This document shows, piece by piece, positions 1-10,557 of a DNA stretch of 64,000 nucleotides (positions are counted from its first letter, which is position 1; the number at the start of each line of letters is the position of its first letter). The position numbers and the translations under genes were made by a program. This DNA is from Flectonema sp. DT1601 (taxonomy: Eukaryota). The DNA is taken from assembly GCA_964019425.1 (NCBI GenBank), contig OZ025782.1, positions 1,116,001-1,180,000 on the forward strand. Direction: 5' to 3'. The notes below the pieces were generated by a model, which saw only the letters and a program-made list of their open reading frames with translations, was not told the origin of the DNA and did no database searches.

Positions 1-198
1 TAAAGAGTGACGCACGTTACTGCTCTTTCACCAGGTAGACACTGACAAAACCTGCTGAGAAATAAAAAAAGTCTATAAAGATAAAATCCATACATACTTT
101 CTTAGAATTTAAAACCCCATTTTATTTATTTATTTATTTTATTTTTTTTCATTACTTTACTTCTTCACAACATTTGTTGAAAAGTGTTGAGAAAGATC

Positions 199-485
199 TT
201 TTATTTATTTACGAAGCCTAGGAGCCAAAAGCCTGAAAAAGCTCAACAGGGTAACAGTTATATCGCTACCAGCAACCGTGAGACTCTCACAGACGATAAG
301 AGACGTTAGGTAATACTATGGTTATCAGTCAAAAGAAGGGGAGAGGGCGGGAAAATTCAATCGAATGCACAAGTTCGTAGGACAACAAACAAATAATGGA
401 ACGATAAGAGACGTTAGTTGGTATAGACGTAGAATAACCTGAAACAAATGACCACCTAAACCCACCGCCCGCGAGCAGACAGATT
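199..485 (-). mobile_element. Short retroposon family A copy ((TAAA)n tail), interrupted by an insertion
   Basis: The block acgaagcctagg...gctcaacagggtaacag...agcaaccgtgagactctcacagacgata recurs at ~3378, ~7996 and ~15031. It is adjacent to (ttta)n on +. Confidence 0.8.
310..400 (-). mobile_element. Family C retroposon fragment nested in family A with a 17-bp TSD
   Basis: acgataagagacgttag is duplicated at 293-309 and 401-417. The insert contains aatgcacaagttcgtaggacaacaaacaaataatgg, shared with ~3540 and ~48030. Confidence 0.75.
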
Positions 486-527
486 AAAAAAGAAAACAAA
501 TGAAGTATTATAAGAATTCCAAAGGAA

Positions 528-550
528 ATAGATAGATAGATAGATAGATA
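528..550. repeat. (GATA)n microsatellite
   Basis: About 5-6 gata units. Confidence 0.85.
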
Positions 551-569
551 AGGAAGTCCAATACATTGC

Positions 570-790
570 GTACTGTGCATCGCTGATACAGCAAACTAAA
601 GAGCATCGGGTTAACTCCCTAGAGCTACGAGGCAACAGCAACGTAATTAGACCCAATCTTATTAGGATTGTTTTATTATAGCTTCGGCTGACGGGGCATA
701 ATGAACACAGTATGCCTATTGTCAGCTTTCCACCTTGTCCGATTGTTGTCAGGAAGTGATATGAGGATAACTAAAGAGAAAAGAAAACAA
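570..790 (-). repeat. Diverged relative of family B retroposon (B')
   Basis: Shares gacccaatc..gattg, tatagcttcggctg, ccaccttg and aactaaaga with family B in the same order. Confidence 0.6.
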
Positions 791-886
791 ATAAATGAAT
801 AAATAAAATTAAAAATAAAATAAAATAAAATATATAAAAACAAAGACTCTGGGGGCGGGGCGTTTAGATTCTGTAAGGGATAGAAT

Positions 887-3258
887 TTTTCTTTATTTTA
901 TTTTTTTGATAATGTTGTATATAACTAAAGGAGAGTTATCGAACTTGTCTGTTAAACCACGCCGCATCGATACGGCTGTATTGGGAGTCCTGGATTTTGT
1001 CGAGGAGCTTTTTCATGCTTGTATCGTTGTTAAGATAGTCAGGATAGCAGTACATCCATACCCAATCAAGATTGGTATGTATTTCCTCTATGTCGGTGAG
1101 AGTGTAGGCTTCTTTAATGTACGCAACGACTGTTTTTCGTGTTGCTGTGTTGAAGGTCGGAAAGCTAGTCCACTTATACAAATGTTCCATAAGGTGCTGT
1201 TGAGGTATTGCCTGCCATAATGGGAGTTCATGTAATTTCATTATCAACTTCATAAGCTCTGGTTGGTGTTCTGTCGAGAAGAATTTGTGGAGGTTTTGAC
1301 CGACATCCATTTCTCCTTGTTCAAGAGTTGCTGTTGGTGGGAAGTATTGTTGCACAATTGGGCGTAATGCGAGACAATTGAATAATAAGTGATGCGTGCT
1401 TGTTAACGGCTCGTTACAGAAGTTGCAATTCGTGAGACCCTGAGAGGGGATCTTGATCAAATGGTGGTGACCCGTGCGGAGGCGTGAAATGTGTACTTCA
1501 TCAGACCGCTTCAGGTTTGGATGGAAGCGTTGAATTCTTCCCCCGAGGGTTGACCAATAGTGAACGTGGTTAGAGTCTCTTTCCCTTAACCATATCTTGT
1601 TAACTTGATTCGTGATAGAGCACTGAACCATTCGGTAGTCGAAAGCTACCTCTGTAATTTGGAGAGTATCAGAAGACGCTGCTTTACTTGCTTGCGAATC
1701 GGCCAGCTCGTTACCAATTATTCCACAATGGGAGGGCACAAATTGGAAGGTGATCGGGCGACGGAGCAGCATTATGCGTTTTAAAATTTCCATGTTCGTG
1801 GTGGATCTCTGGCGGAGATATCCCTTTGCCAGGCTGCTTACCGAGGACTGACTGTCGGTGATGATATGGACTCTCCCTCTGGGGAGCCAGGAGGAGTGTT
1901 CTTCCAACAGTTCAACTGCTGATAGGAGAGCTTGTTGCTCCGCATTGTATATCATCAGTGCAGGTGTATAGCGCTTCCTCTTAGAGAAGCATTTGTTTCC
2001 TATGATCAGACAGGCTGCATTGCCACATCGATAATTCTGTTCTTTGTCTTGGAAATAGGACGCGTCAGTGTATAGTCGGGCGATTGCCGGCGGGAGATTC
2101 TTCATTGTTGACAGAGCAGCTTCTAAGTTCTGAACAGGTTCCAAGGATTTACGGAACTCTCTCCAGGGGTTAAAAGTTACATCTGGCGGAGGCTCCCATG
2201 GTGCTTGGTGATGCGGAAGGCAGTGGTATGAACGCAACGATGGAGTAGGATATCTGTTGGAGTGGATGGAAGCAAATGTTTTCCACATGCTCGATGTTTT
2301 CTCAGGGTCTAAGATGGACCACGAGGGGCTGTTCTTGTTATTACGCAAGAATCGTTCATTCATCAACGCAGTAGATTTCGAAAGGTGTAGTTTGAATGGT
2401 AATATGCCGGATTCTACTGAAAGGGCCGGTGTAGCTGTTGAGTTAAGGCAGCCGGTAAGTTTCCGTTGGAGAACACGTTGTGTCAGGTCAATCTCCTCCT
2501 GCGCCTTTTTGGAGAGGAGGGGAGCAAATGCTGCTAGACCATAATATGCTCTAGAGAGGATTAGACCGAAAATGACTTGTCGTAGCACCTCAGTCTTTAC
2601 TTGGTACGATGAGACCATCGATAGGAGAGCAATCCCACGTTTCAGAGTGTTCAGGATTTTTGTTTTCTGTGATTCAAAGGTAAGATTATCATCAATTATA
2701 ACACCCAGGTACCGAGTTTGTTTCACCTGACGAAGTGGGATGGCGGCTGTCAAAGAAAATTCACCCTTCGGAATGGTGTTTATGAATTGCGATCGATTGT
2801 TCACGCTACGTCCATTTATACCTAAGGGAAAGATGGGACCGTTTTCAAAGTTAAGTAAAGCAGCAGCCCCATCATCTATATGATCATAAAAGAATTGATA
2901 AGACCCACGTGGAATTGGGACATCATCAACTGTCGAGGGGAAATAAAGACGCGGACGCCGACAGATGCGTTTGTCTTCCGTAAAACGTTTGCCTATGGAC
3001 ATGTATTCTGTTTTTGAATGGGATAATGACATTCTGGAGTTATCCAGCCAGCATTCTACTTGACCTATTGCTTTGTTGGCTCTCGCTTCCAAATCGTTGA
3101 TTGTCGAGCTACTTACATATACCGCAAGATCATCGGCGTATAGTAGTGAGGTGTCAGATACCGTAATGGACTCTGGTAAGGAGTCAACGTACATTCGAAA
3201 AAGTAATGGGCCAAGAATACTACCTTGGGGAACCCCCTTTGTACTACCGGAATAGAAC
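887..3258 (-). mobile_element. 5'-truncated non-LTR retrotransposon (LINE, RNase H-containing; ingi/I-group-like)
   Basis: Contains an RT-RNase H ORF and an A-rich 3' tail (T-rich on + at ~887-907). It is flanked by an imperfect direct repeat, aagggatagaat (875-886) and aagggaagaat (3259-3269), consistent with a ~11-12 bp TSD. Confidence 0.85.
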
Positions 3259-3260
3259 AA
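936..3260 (-). CDS. Partial retrotransposon polyprotein: RT C-terminal part + RNase H + CCHC zinc knuckle (endonuclease and RT N-terminus missing)
   Basis: RT motifs GVPQGSILGPLLF, YADD, KTEYM and RYLGVIID. RNase H motifs YTDAS, AEQQA, ITDSQS and VPSHCGIIGNELAD. C-terminal RLRTGH followed by C-x2-C...H-x4-C (CNFC...HLLFNC). The ORF starts at a non-ATG codon at the truncation point. Confidence 0.93.
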   Translation of the reverse strand: MFYSGSTKGVPQGSILGPLLFRMYVDSLPESITVSDTSLLYADDLAVYVSSSTINDLEARANKAIGQVECWLDNSRMSLSHSKTEYMSIGKRFTEDKRICRRPRLYFPSTVDDVPIPRGSYQFFYDHIDDGAAALLNFENGPIFPLGINGRSVNNRSQFINTIPKGEFSLTAAIPLRQVKQTRYLGVIIDDNLTFESQKTKILNTLKRGIALLSMVSSYQVKTEVLRQVIFGLILSRAYYGLAAFAPLLSKKAQEEIDLTQRVLQRKLTGCLNSTATPALSVESGILPFKLHLSKSTALMNERFLRNNKNSPSWSILDPEKTSSMWKTFASIHSNRYPTPSLRSYHCLPHHQAPWEPPPDVTFNPWREFRKSLEPVQNLEAALSTMKNLPPAIARLYTDASYFQDKEQNYRCGNAACLIIGNKCFSKRKRYTPALMIYNAEQQALLSAVELLEEHSSWLPRGRVHIITDSQSSVSSLAKGYLRQRSTTNMEILKRIMLLRRPITFQFVPSHCGIIGNELADSQASKAASSDTLQITEVAFDYRMVQCSITNQVNKIWLRERDSNHVHYWSTLGGRIQRFHPNLKRSDEVHISRLRTGHHHLIKIPSQGLTNCNFCNEPLTSTHHLLFNCLALRPIVQQYFPPTATLEQGEMDVGQNLHKFFSTEHQPELMKLIMKLHELPLWQAIPQQHLMEHLYKWTSFPTFNTATRKTVVAYIKEAYTLTDIEEIHTNLDWVWMYCYPDYLNNDTSMKKLLDKIQDSQYSRIDAAWFNRQVR

Positions 3261-3377
3261 GGGAAGAATCGCTGAATAGAAAAAAAAAACAAAATAAAAA
3301 TATCAAAACAAAAAAAATTCAATACGAGTAAAGGAAGAATGGAATTAGTATGTTTCCTTATTATCTATTTACTTATA

Positions 3378-3468
3378 AATCCTAGGAGCCAAAAGCCTGA
3401 AAAAGCTCAACAGGGTAACAGTTATATCGCTACCAGCAACCGTGAGACTCTCGCAGACGATAAGAGAC
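3378..3468 (-). mobile_element. Family A retroposon, truncated copy
   Basis: Near-identical to 217-304. Confidence 0.8.
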
Positions 3469-3511
3469 ATAACGATGAATGAATTACCTTCGTGTTCGGT
3501 GGGATCCAATG

Positions 3512-3691
3512 ATAGTTAGTTTAGCAGCCGAAAAATTTAAATGCAAATTTTTACAAGGACAACAAACAAATAATGGTTTGGGTTTTCGGGCTAAAATTAA
3601 AAAATCTTTCTTCCCTTACCCAGCCCTCTTCAGCTAAGAAAGTAGGGGGACACTGCGGTGTCAGGCCCGTGTCCTATTCATCGCGTTTGCC
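3512..3691 (-). mobile_element. Family C short repeat/retroposon
   Basis: Similar to 12565-12723; both end at tttgcc on + (5' end GGCAAA on -). Preceded by a ttagtttag tail on +. Confidence 0.65.
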
Positions 3692-3807
3692 AGTCAGTTA
3701 TAATCATTAATTTTAGTACAGAAAAGTGAGAATAAGAAAAGCAGAGATTAGTAAAAGAAAAGTATTCATTGCGGCAGTTTCCTAACATCAAACGGTAATA
3801 GAATATG

Positions 3808-3918
3808 TAGTTTCAGACCTTAATCTTATATTACTTGTCCCTTTTTAGGCCTTAGTCAGTAAGTTGCTATCGTTTTAAAACGAAAATCCATCGGAGCTCG
3901 TCAGGATAGGGCTAGCAA
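3808..3918. repeat. Family D dispersed repeat
   Basis: The ccttaatcttata..acttgtccct..taggc/tcagtaagtt block is also at ~15637-15795 and partially at ~47608-47650. Confidence 0.6.
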
Positions 3919-4065
3919 TGCTTATTTGCTTTTGTTCAATTTAAACTTTAATCTTTCACGTCTGCTCGTTTCACTATTAAGGTTGAGTTATTAGTTGAGT
4001 CGTCATCTATTTTGCATTTAATTTTATCTTCGCATACTATCAATAGTCCTGTATTCGCAGTTGTC

Positions 4066-4290
4066 ACTAGCAAAATACAGAACTGATGACTACGAGGGGT
4101 CTGGGTAGCCCGCATCAGTAAGGACCCAATCTCGAAGATTGTAGTTTTATAGCTTCGGCTGGAAGTCGATCGACTTCCAGCTCTCACCTTGCCCAGAGGC
4201 TAACAGGTTGAAAAACAACTAAAGAAAATAAAAGAGAAATGATCTGAAGGTGAAAAAAATAAAAAAATCTTTGTAACTTGTGAAAAGGTT
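4066..4290 (-). mobile_element. Family B retroposon, 5'-truncated copy
   Basis: tagcaaaatacagaactgatgactacgaggggtctgggtagcccgcatcag... is shared with at least 5 other loci in the window. Confidence 0.8.
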
Positions 4291-4784
4291 AATAAATACC
4301 ATTCTGCAACTTTCACCTTGCCTAACTCATTAAAATACTGAACCAATAAAAAACAAATACATAGACAAATACAGGGGTACCAAACAGTGGTAAAATTTTC
4401 AAAACAAAGAACCGTTAAAAAAAGGCTCAGTTCCTTCAAGGAAGCTAAAAAAAAGAATCGATCGAGAATCTATCAAGGTTAGATAGAATATAAGTTTTCT
4501 TACAAAAATACTGCACCAAGAAATAAAAATGAAAATTTTCAAAAAATAAAAAACGCATTGTTCTTTAACATTTTGTGCAAAACGCAGTTTGTTTCCCTCA
4601 GCAGTAAGTTAGTATTAATGGTTAGTTATATAATCCAACGTTACTGTATATTATGAGTGCTCTAGGAGGGTAACTCACAGTAACAGAGGACCCAATCCGT
4701 AGCCTGGATTATTGAAGTAGCATCGACTGAAAGATTAAGTTAGTATTTAACCATTGTAGCAGATACAAAAAATCCAATCAATAA

Positions 4785-4888
4785 ATTGTGGGGGGGTTGA
4801 AACTTTGACAATGTCAAAGAACAGTAACAACTTTAGGTATTAAAGAAAACAAAATTAATATCAAGTACTGAAAAATATTGTGGGGGGG
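4785..4888. repeat. Family E dispersed repeat
   Basis: ggggg..gaaactttgacaatgt..aacagtaacaac..taggtatt..atcaagtac is also at ~9271-9369 and ~9660-9768, with fragments at ~6430 and ~8996. Confidence 0.65.
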
Positions 4889-5622
4889 CAATTCCTGAGG
4901 GGTGAAGTATAATGGGGGTTAAAGAATCGTCGCTGCTCGTCATAAGTCAGAAACCCCCTTTATGAACACACACAAAACGTTTGCAGTCGCAATAAAATAG
5001 AACAGTTCTCTTCTGATACACCAAATAAAATTGATAGTATGATGATGTAAGAAAGAAAACTAAAAAAAAAAAAAAAACGAAGTAGTAACTCGGTAAGAGT
5101 AATCTCAGTTGATAAGTAATTTGTATTCTATTGCAAAAAAAATGATACGTTTGAAGAGTACGTTTACATAACTTCTTTTTTTTTGAGTCGGAGTACCAGG
5201 CACCTTGTAGTTGAAAAGGAGAGAAGAAAAGCAATCACAAGACAATTTCTTGTTTTGTTTGTATTTGCGGGAAGTGGGAAAAAAAAAATATAAGTGAACT
5301 TTTGATCTATCGGGGTCAATTATATATCTTTTCCACACAAAAGCATGGATGCAAAAAAAGAAAGGTTGTCTTTTTTCCACCCTTCATTTTAAACATGGCT
5401 TTCACTTGTAATATGCCCAACAGATTGACGAAATATAAAACAACATTCAGCTGGTTATCGAAGCGTTTTGTTGTTGCTTGTTGGTATGTTTTTTGCAGGG
5501 AATTATTCCTTTTGTCAGCCTGTGCCGACACTTGTTCTTCACTGCAGTCAGGAGGGAAGGCGAAGAAGCTTGCTTTTATCGGGGTGCTTCTAGGGAATAA
5601 CGTCTACTTTGAGCAAACAAAA

Positions 5623-6023
5623 TAGTTAGTTAGCAAAATACAGAACTGATGACTACAACGGGTCTGGGTAGCCCGCAGATTGTAGTTTTATAGCTTCCAC
5701 TGGAAGTGATCGACTAAAGAAAAAAAGAGAAATGATCTGGAAGTGAAAAAAATAAAAAATCTTTTTTATTCCATATATCGCATTGTTCTTTATAATTCAA
5801 CCATATATGCCATACGCCCAGATAGCACGAAAGAAAATAGAAACCCCCGGAACAGTACCGAGGATCGTTCACCACCAGTTGTCCAAGGCATTAATTGTAT
5901 TGTGGGCTTACCGAAAAGCTTTAGAAAAGTACCACCAAAAATTGGTAACACATAGCAATATCCACTCAGCAAGAAATGAAAACAAAAGGATCAGTCAGTT
6001 TATGGTCATAACTGCGCCGGGCC
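5623..6023 (-). mobile_element. Family B retroposon, near full-length (internal deletion)
   Basis: (ttag)n tail at the low end. Its 5' end GGCCCGGCGCAGTTATGACCATAAACTG is coterminal with the copies ending at 10304 and 48616. Confidence 0.8.
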
Positions 6024-6481
6024 AAAGTAAGTAGTACTTTGCTTGTAAAATCCAAAACAAAAAACAAAAAAAACATATAACTTTAATTACACTTACGGCT
6101 GTTAACCATCGGAACTCAAAAAATGAGAGTAGAAAAAAAATTTTGATTAATGGTTTACAAGTGGAATAGCATTTTAAGGAGAGAAACCATACAATGAAAT
6201 CAAGCACTTAGTTATATACTATAATGCATAGCAACGAGGTTAACTGTTGTGATCAGGTATTGGTTATATACCAATCTTTCAGCTTTTCCACCTTGTCTGG
6301 GCTTATCAAATCTACGGAACTCTTAAAAAAAAAAAAAAAAAAAGCGAACGTGAAATATTAATAATATCCAAAACAAAACAATAACGTTTCGGAAAGTGAT
6401 AACCAAAACATAAAGAGTCTACTCATTTCTGGGGGGTGAAACTTCGACAATATAAAGGAAAGAAATAGTGCATTAAGACAA

Positions 6482-6605
6482 TTAGTTAGTTTGCAAAATA
6501 CAGAACTGATGACTACGAGGGGTCTAATTGCAATAATTATCATAGCTTTGGCAGCATAGAAACCCCGAAAGGCTTTATGAAAGTATCACAAAAAATGGGC
6601 AGCAC
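6482..6605 (-). mobile_element. Family B retroposon, internally deleted copy
   Basis: The ttagttagtttgcaaaatacagaactgatgactacgag tail block is joined to the ccgaaaggctttatgaaagtatcacaaaaaatgggcagcaca block. Confidence 0.6.
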
Positions 6606-6787
6606 ATATGTGCTGGACTCGATTGTGTTGTAGAGTAATTATTTCCCAGCTGTCTACCCTTCCTCAGAATCTAAAAGATAGAAAACAATATTATAAAAAC
6701 AATAATAACCTTTTAAAGTACTCAAGGTAAGTAATAAGTTTAAACAGGAAAGTATTCCTTCCATATCTTTTGGAGAGACGAAACGAG

Positions 6788-7078
6788 TTTAGTTTAGTTT
6801 AGTTAGTTTAGTTAGCAAAATACAAACTGATGACTACAAGGGGTCTGGGTAGCCCGCATCAGTAAGGACCCAATCGCGAAGATTGTAGTTTCATAGTATT
6901 GGCTGGAAGTGATTGACTTCCAGCCTCCACCTTGCCCAGAGGCTAACAGGTTGTAAACAACTAAAGAAAATAAAAGAGAAACGATCTGGGAGTGGGGGGA
7001 AGGTGAAAAAAAATAAAAAATCTTCTTTCTTTCATATACATCTTTCTTTATAATACGACCACATGTGCCATATGCCCT
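6788..7078 (-). mobile_element. Family B retroposon with perfect 15-bp target-site duplication
   Basis: gagagacgaaacgag occurs at 6773-6787 and 7079-7093. Long (tttag/ttag)n tail; 5'-truncated. Confidence 0.88.
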
Positions 7079-7995
7079 GAGAGACGAAACGAGCTACAAT
7101 AAATTACTAAGAAACAAAATAAAGATCCGGTGCGATGAAACTTTTTTGAGTTGGTATTTCACACACTCAGATCAACGAAAGAAGTTTTTTGCGACAACTG
7201 GTATCTCTTTTATCAAAAGGTGACAACTACATTTCGCAGAGAGTTCGTTTTTTAAGACGAACTCTTGATGTCATTCGCGAGAAGGCTCTTGAGAGCCCTC
7301 GTCGAAGAAATGCCTCACTGGAACTGATCTGTTTCAAAAAAAAATAAGGAGGTTAGACAGCAAAGTCTTGAACTGATGATTAAAAGACTCCATCACAGAG
7401 ATTGTATTTATTGCTTATATTTTTAAAAAAAAAAAAAAAAATGGTCTTATCACAAACTAAACAGAAAATGGTAACAAAAACACTGCGATGTTTTTGTTTG
7501 TGCACGAAACCGCGGTGGAAAAACAAAAACGAGTATTAATATCAGGTGCTTGACCGGAAAAAATATTCGTACATGTTTTTCATAAATTTGGAAATATGCT
7601 TGTTGTCATATTGACAGAAAACGTTGACTGATCTGAAAATCTGGGGAACGAAATAATCAGGGAGAGGAAATTGGGGAGCCGTGGGATACTACCGTTTTTT
7701 TTATCACAAAAAAAAAGTTTCGTTTTTTTCGATTTTGCATCCAAAACGCAGTATGCAGAATTTTTTGAAAAATAATTACCTCGAAACTACATGTTCGGTA
7801 TTGCGAGGTATTTCTTCACAAATAGCAGCAGCAAAATAATCACTCGAGAGGGCTCCATTGCGGAATACATTGTGTGATACGAGAGTACTTTGCGTTTTTA
7901 CGTTGTGGCGATAGTCTGAAAAGCTAAATTACGAAGAGAAGGCCACGCACAATTCCATTATAAAAATCAAGGCCGCAGCATCATCTCTTAGATGT

Positions 7996-8163
7996 TTTAT
8001 TTATTTATTTACGAAGCCTAGGTGCCAAAAGCCAGGAAAAGCTCACAGGGTAACAGCTATATCGCTACCAGCAACCGTGAGACTCTCACAGACGATAAAA
8101 GACGTAGAATAACCTGGAACAAATGACCACCTAAACCCACCGCCCACGCGAGCAGGCAGTGTT
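7996..8163 (-). mobile_element. Family A retroposon
   Basis: (ttta)n tail plus family A body running to cccacgcgagcaggcagtgtta. Confidence 0.8.
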
Positions 8164-9270
8164 AGAGACGGCTGATAACGCCAATTTTCGTCAAAAAGAG
8201 GGAGAACACTTTTCTTCTTTTTAAAAACGAGAACAGTATTTCCCACGTAAAACTATATTTCTTTTTTAAATTTATTTTAAAAAAATTCTTTTTATCAAAC
8301 GTTCGCCATCCTGATAACAGCTAAGATACTCTCGGCAGTTGTTATGATTATCACTACTACGACTACAAATGCAGATAAAAAAGCAATATAAGCAAGATAC
8401 AAGATTTGTTCAGAAAGATATAAATTCTTAATCTTGCTTAACGAATACGATAAATGAAACAAATTCGATTTCGCAATCCGATTTCGATGCTTTTTCGATT
8501 TACAGGAATCAATTTTTTTTTTCCTTTTGTTCAGTTTGATAAGTCTCTTCGAGTTATCTCATAAACTACCCAGCACAGACTTGTCTTAGTGCTGTTTGGT
8601 GTCCTCCAGATGAATTTGAGTTGATTTTTCGGGTTGATTACGTGAGCAATGCTGCTCCGTATATAAAAAAGATATATCAATCAGTAGGAATAGAATTTCT
8701 CAAAATGAGACTTATCCAGCATTTTAGATTAAAAATAAACTAGTTTTCAGCTGAATGTGATGTAATATAACTTAGTTAGAAAAATAAGAAGACGATAATA
8801 CTTCAAGCTTTCCAAAAAAAAAAAAAAAAAAAATAAAGAAATTTTAAAAAAAAAATATTGAACGAAAAAAAAAAAAAAAAAAATTACTTAAATAAAAACA
8901 ATAACAAAAACGAACATTAGGCTAACAGGTTGAAAACAACTAAAGAAAATAAAAATAAGAATTAGTCTGCTAGTTAACAACCTCAACAGACCACCGAGTA
9001 TCAGTTGAAATGATCTTTGATTGCGGGAGTGGGGGGAGAAGACTGTTTGATTAGGTTCATACGAATATAACTCTCTAAAATTAAAAAAACTCATAACACA
9101 GTGAAAATGTTAATATACTCTGCAATTGACGTACTTGCTCTACATTATAATCAATGTTTCTAACTTATTTGCATACATGTCTGTTTTTCCGTGTTGTCAT
9201 TCAGTGCAGTACGGAATCGTGTTATTCAATTATGAAATAATCGTGAGCCCTGGGAAACCAAAATCAGTTT

Positions 9271-9369
9271 TATTGCGAGAGTGGGGGTGAAACTTTGACA
9301 ATGTAAAAACAGTAACAACGTTAGGTATTAAAAATAAAACTAATATCAAGTACTTGACTGAAAAATATT
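9271..9369. repeat. Family E dispersed repeat
   Basis: Similar to 4785-4888. Confidence 0.6.
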
Positions 9370-9659
9370 AGTAGCAGCCAATCAAAGAAAATTACGTTTA
9401 GAAAAAAGAAAACATAAAAAGAGAAAACTATATTTTTTGTCTGACCAGAAGACGTTGTCAGAATCCGGTAATTCGGAGACCACGAGCGTCCCATGCCCTG
9501 TAGTCTGTTACAACTTACACTTAACCGAAGTTAAAAGAAAAAAGCAGTTCTTATTCTAACTACTTCGTAGCACACTACTAGCAGCGCACTCTTTTGTTAT
9601 AAAAACAAAAAGTATAACAATCTAAAGTTCACTTACGAGGGCAAGGTACGGGAGCCGTT

Positions 9660-9768
9660 GGAGTATCAGTTGAAATGATTGTTGATTGCGGGAGTGGGGG
9701 GATGTAAAAACAGTAACAACTTTAGATATAAAAACAAATTAACATCAAGTACAAGTGTGGGGGGGGGT
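9660..9768. repeat. Family E dispersed repeat
   Basis: gagtatcagttgaaatgat..tgattgcgggagtggggg is shared with 8996-9037. The downstream block is shared with 9300-9355. Confidence 0.6.
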
Positions 9769-9959
9769 AGTGAAGGTGAAAAAGATAAGAATCTTTTTTA
9801 TTCCTATATATGTTCCTTAATCTTACTATTCGTCTCTCTTACGCATATATCAGTAAGGTCTATTAAATTAAATGTTAATTGTTGTGTCGTCTTTGAGTTT
9901 AATTTTCTCTTTCGTGTTAGTTTATTTTATTTTATTTTATTTATCTTTTTCTTTTTAAA

Positions 9960-10304
9960 AAAATACAAACTGATGACTACGAGGGGTCTGGGTAGCCCGC
10001 ATCAGCAACGACCCAATCGAGAAGATTGTAGTTTCATAGTATCGGCTGGAAGTGATCGACTTCCAGCCTCCACCTTGCCCAGAGGCTAACAGGTCTGAGA
10101 AAATAGAAAACTCCCAGGAACAGTACCGAGGATCGTTCGCCCCCAGTTGTCCAAAGCATTATAATTGTACTGTGGGCTTACCGAAAAGCTTTAGAAAAGT
10201 ACCACAAAAAATTGGGCAGCACATAGCCATATCTCAGCAAGAAATGAAAACAAAAGGATCAGGTAAGATGACAGTCAGTTTATGGGTCATAACTGCGTCG
10301 GACC
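9960..10304 (-). mobile_element. Family B retroposon (intact 5' end, internal deletion)
   Basis: Both terminal blocks of family B are present. Confidence 0.8.
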
Positions 10305-10557
10305 TTTAAGTTAGTGTCAGATCAGTTTAAAAAAAAAAAAAAAAAGAATTGGCTTTATCTTCAACTTTACAGAAAATAATGATATAACACTGTGATTTTT
10401 TGTTTGTGCACGAAACCGTGAACCAACTATAACTGATAAAGCTAAAGGAGGTTGAGTAGGCGAACGAAGCACTAGACTAGACTAGTCGCGGTATTCGCAA
10501 GGCCAAAATAGAACTTGTGGTATTCGTTTTAAATGCTCCTTTGGATCATTGAACGAC

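Noticed and set aside
4083..4125. CTGATGA in family B (plus strand) as a hammerhead ribozyme or C/D snoRNA box
   Set aside because: No GAAA follows a stem II. The motif is explained as one arm of the ctgatg/catcag hairpin.
6788..6815. (TTAG/TTTAG)n as an interstitial telomere
   Set aside because: It is not TTAGGG. It is attached to family B ends and lies inside a TSD, so it is a retroposon tail.
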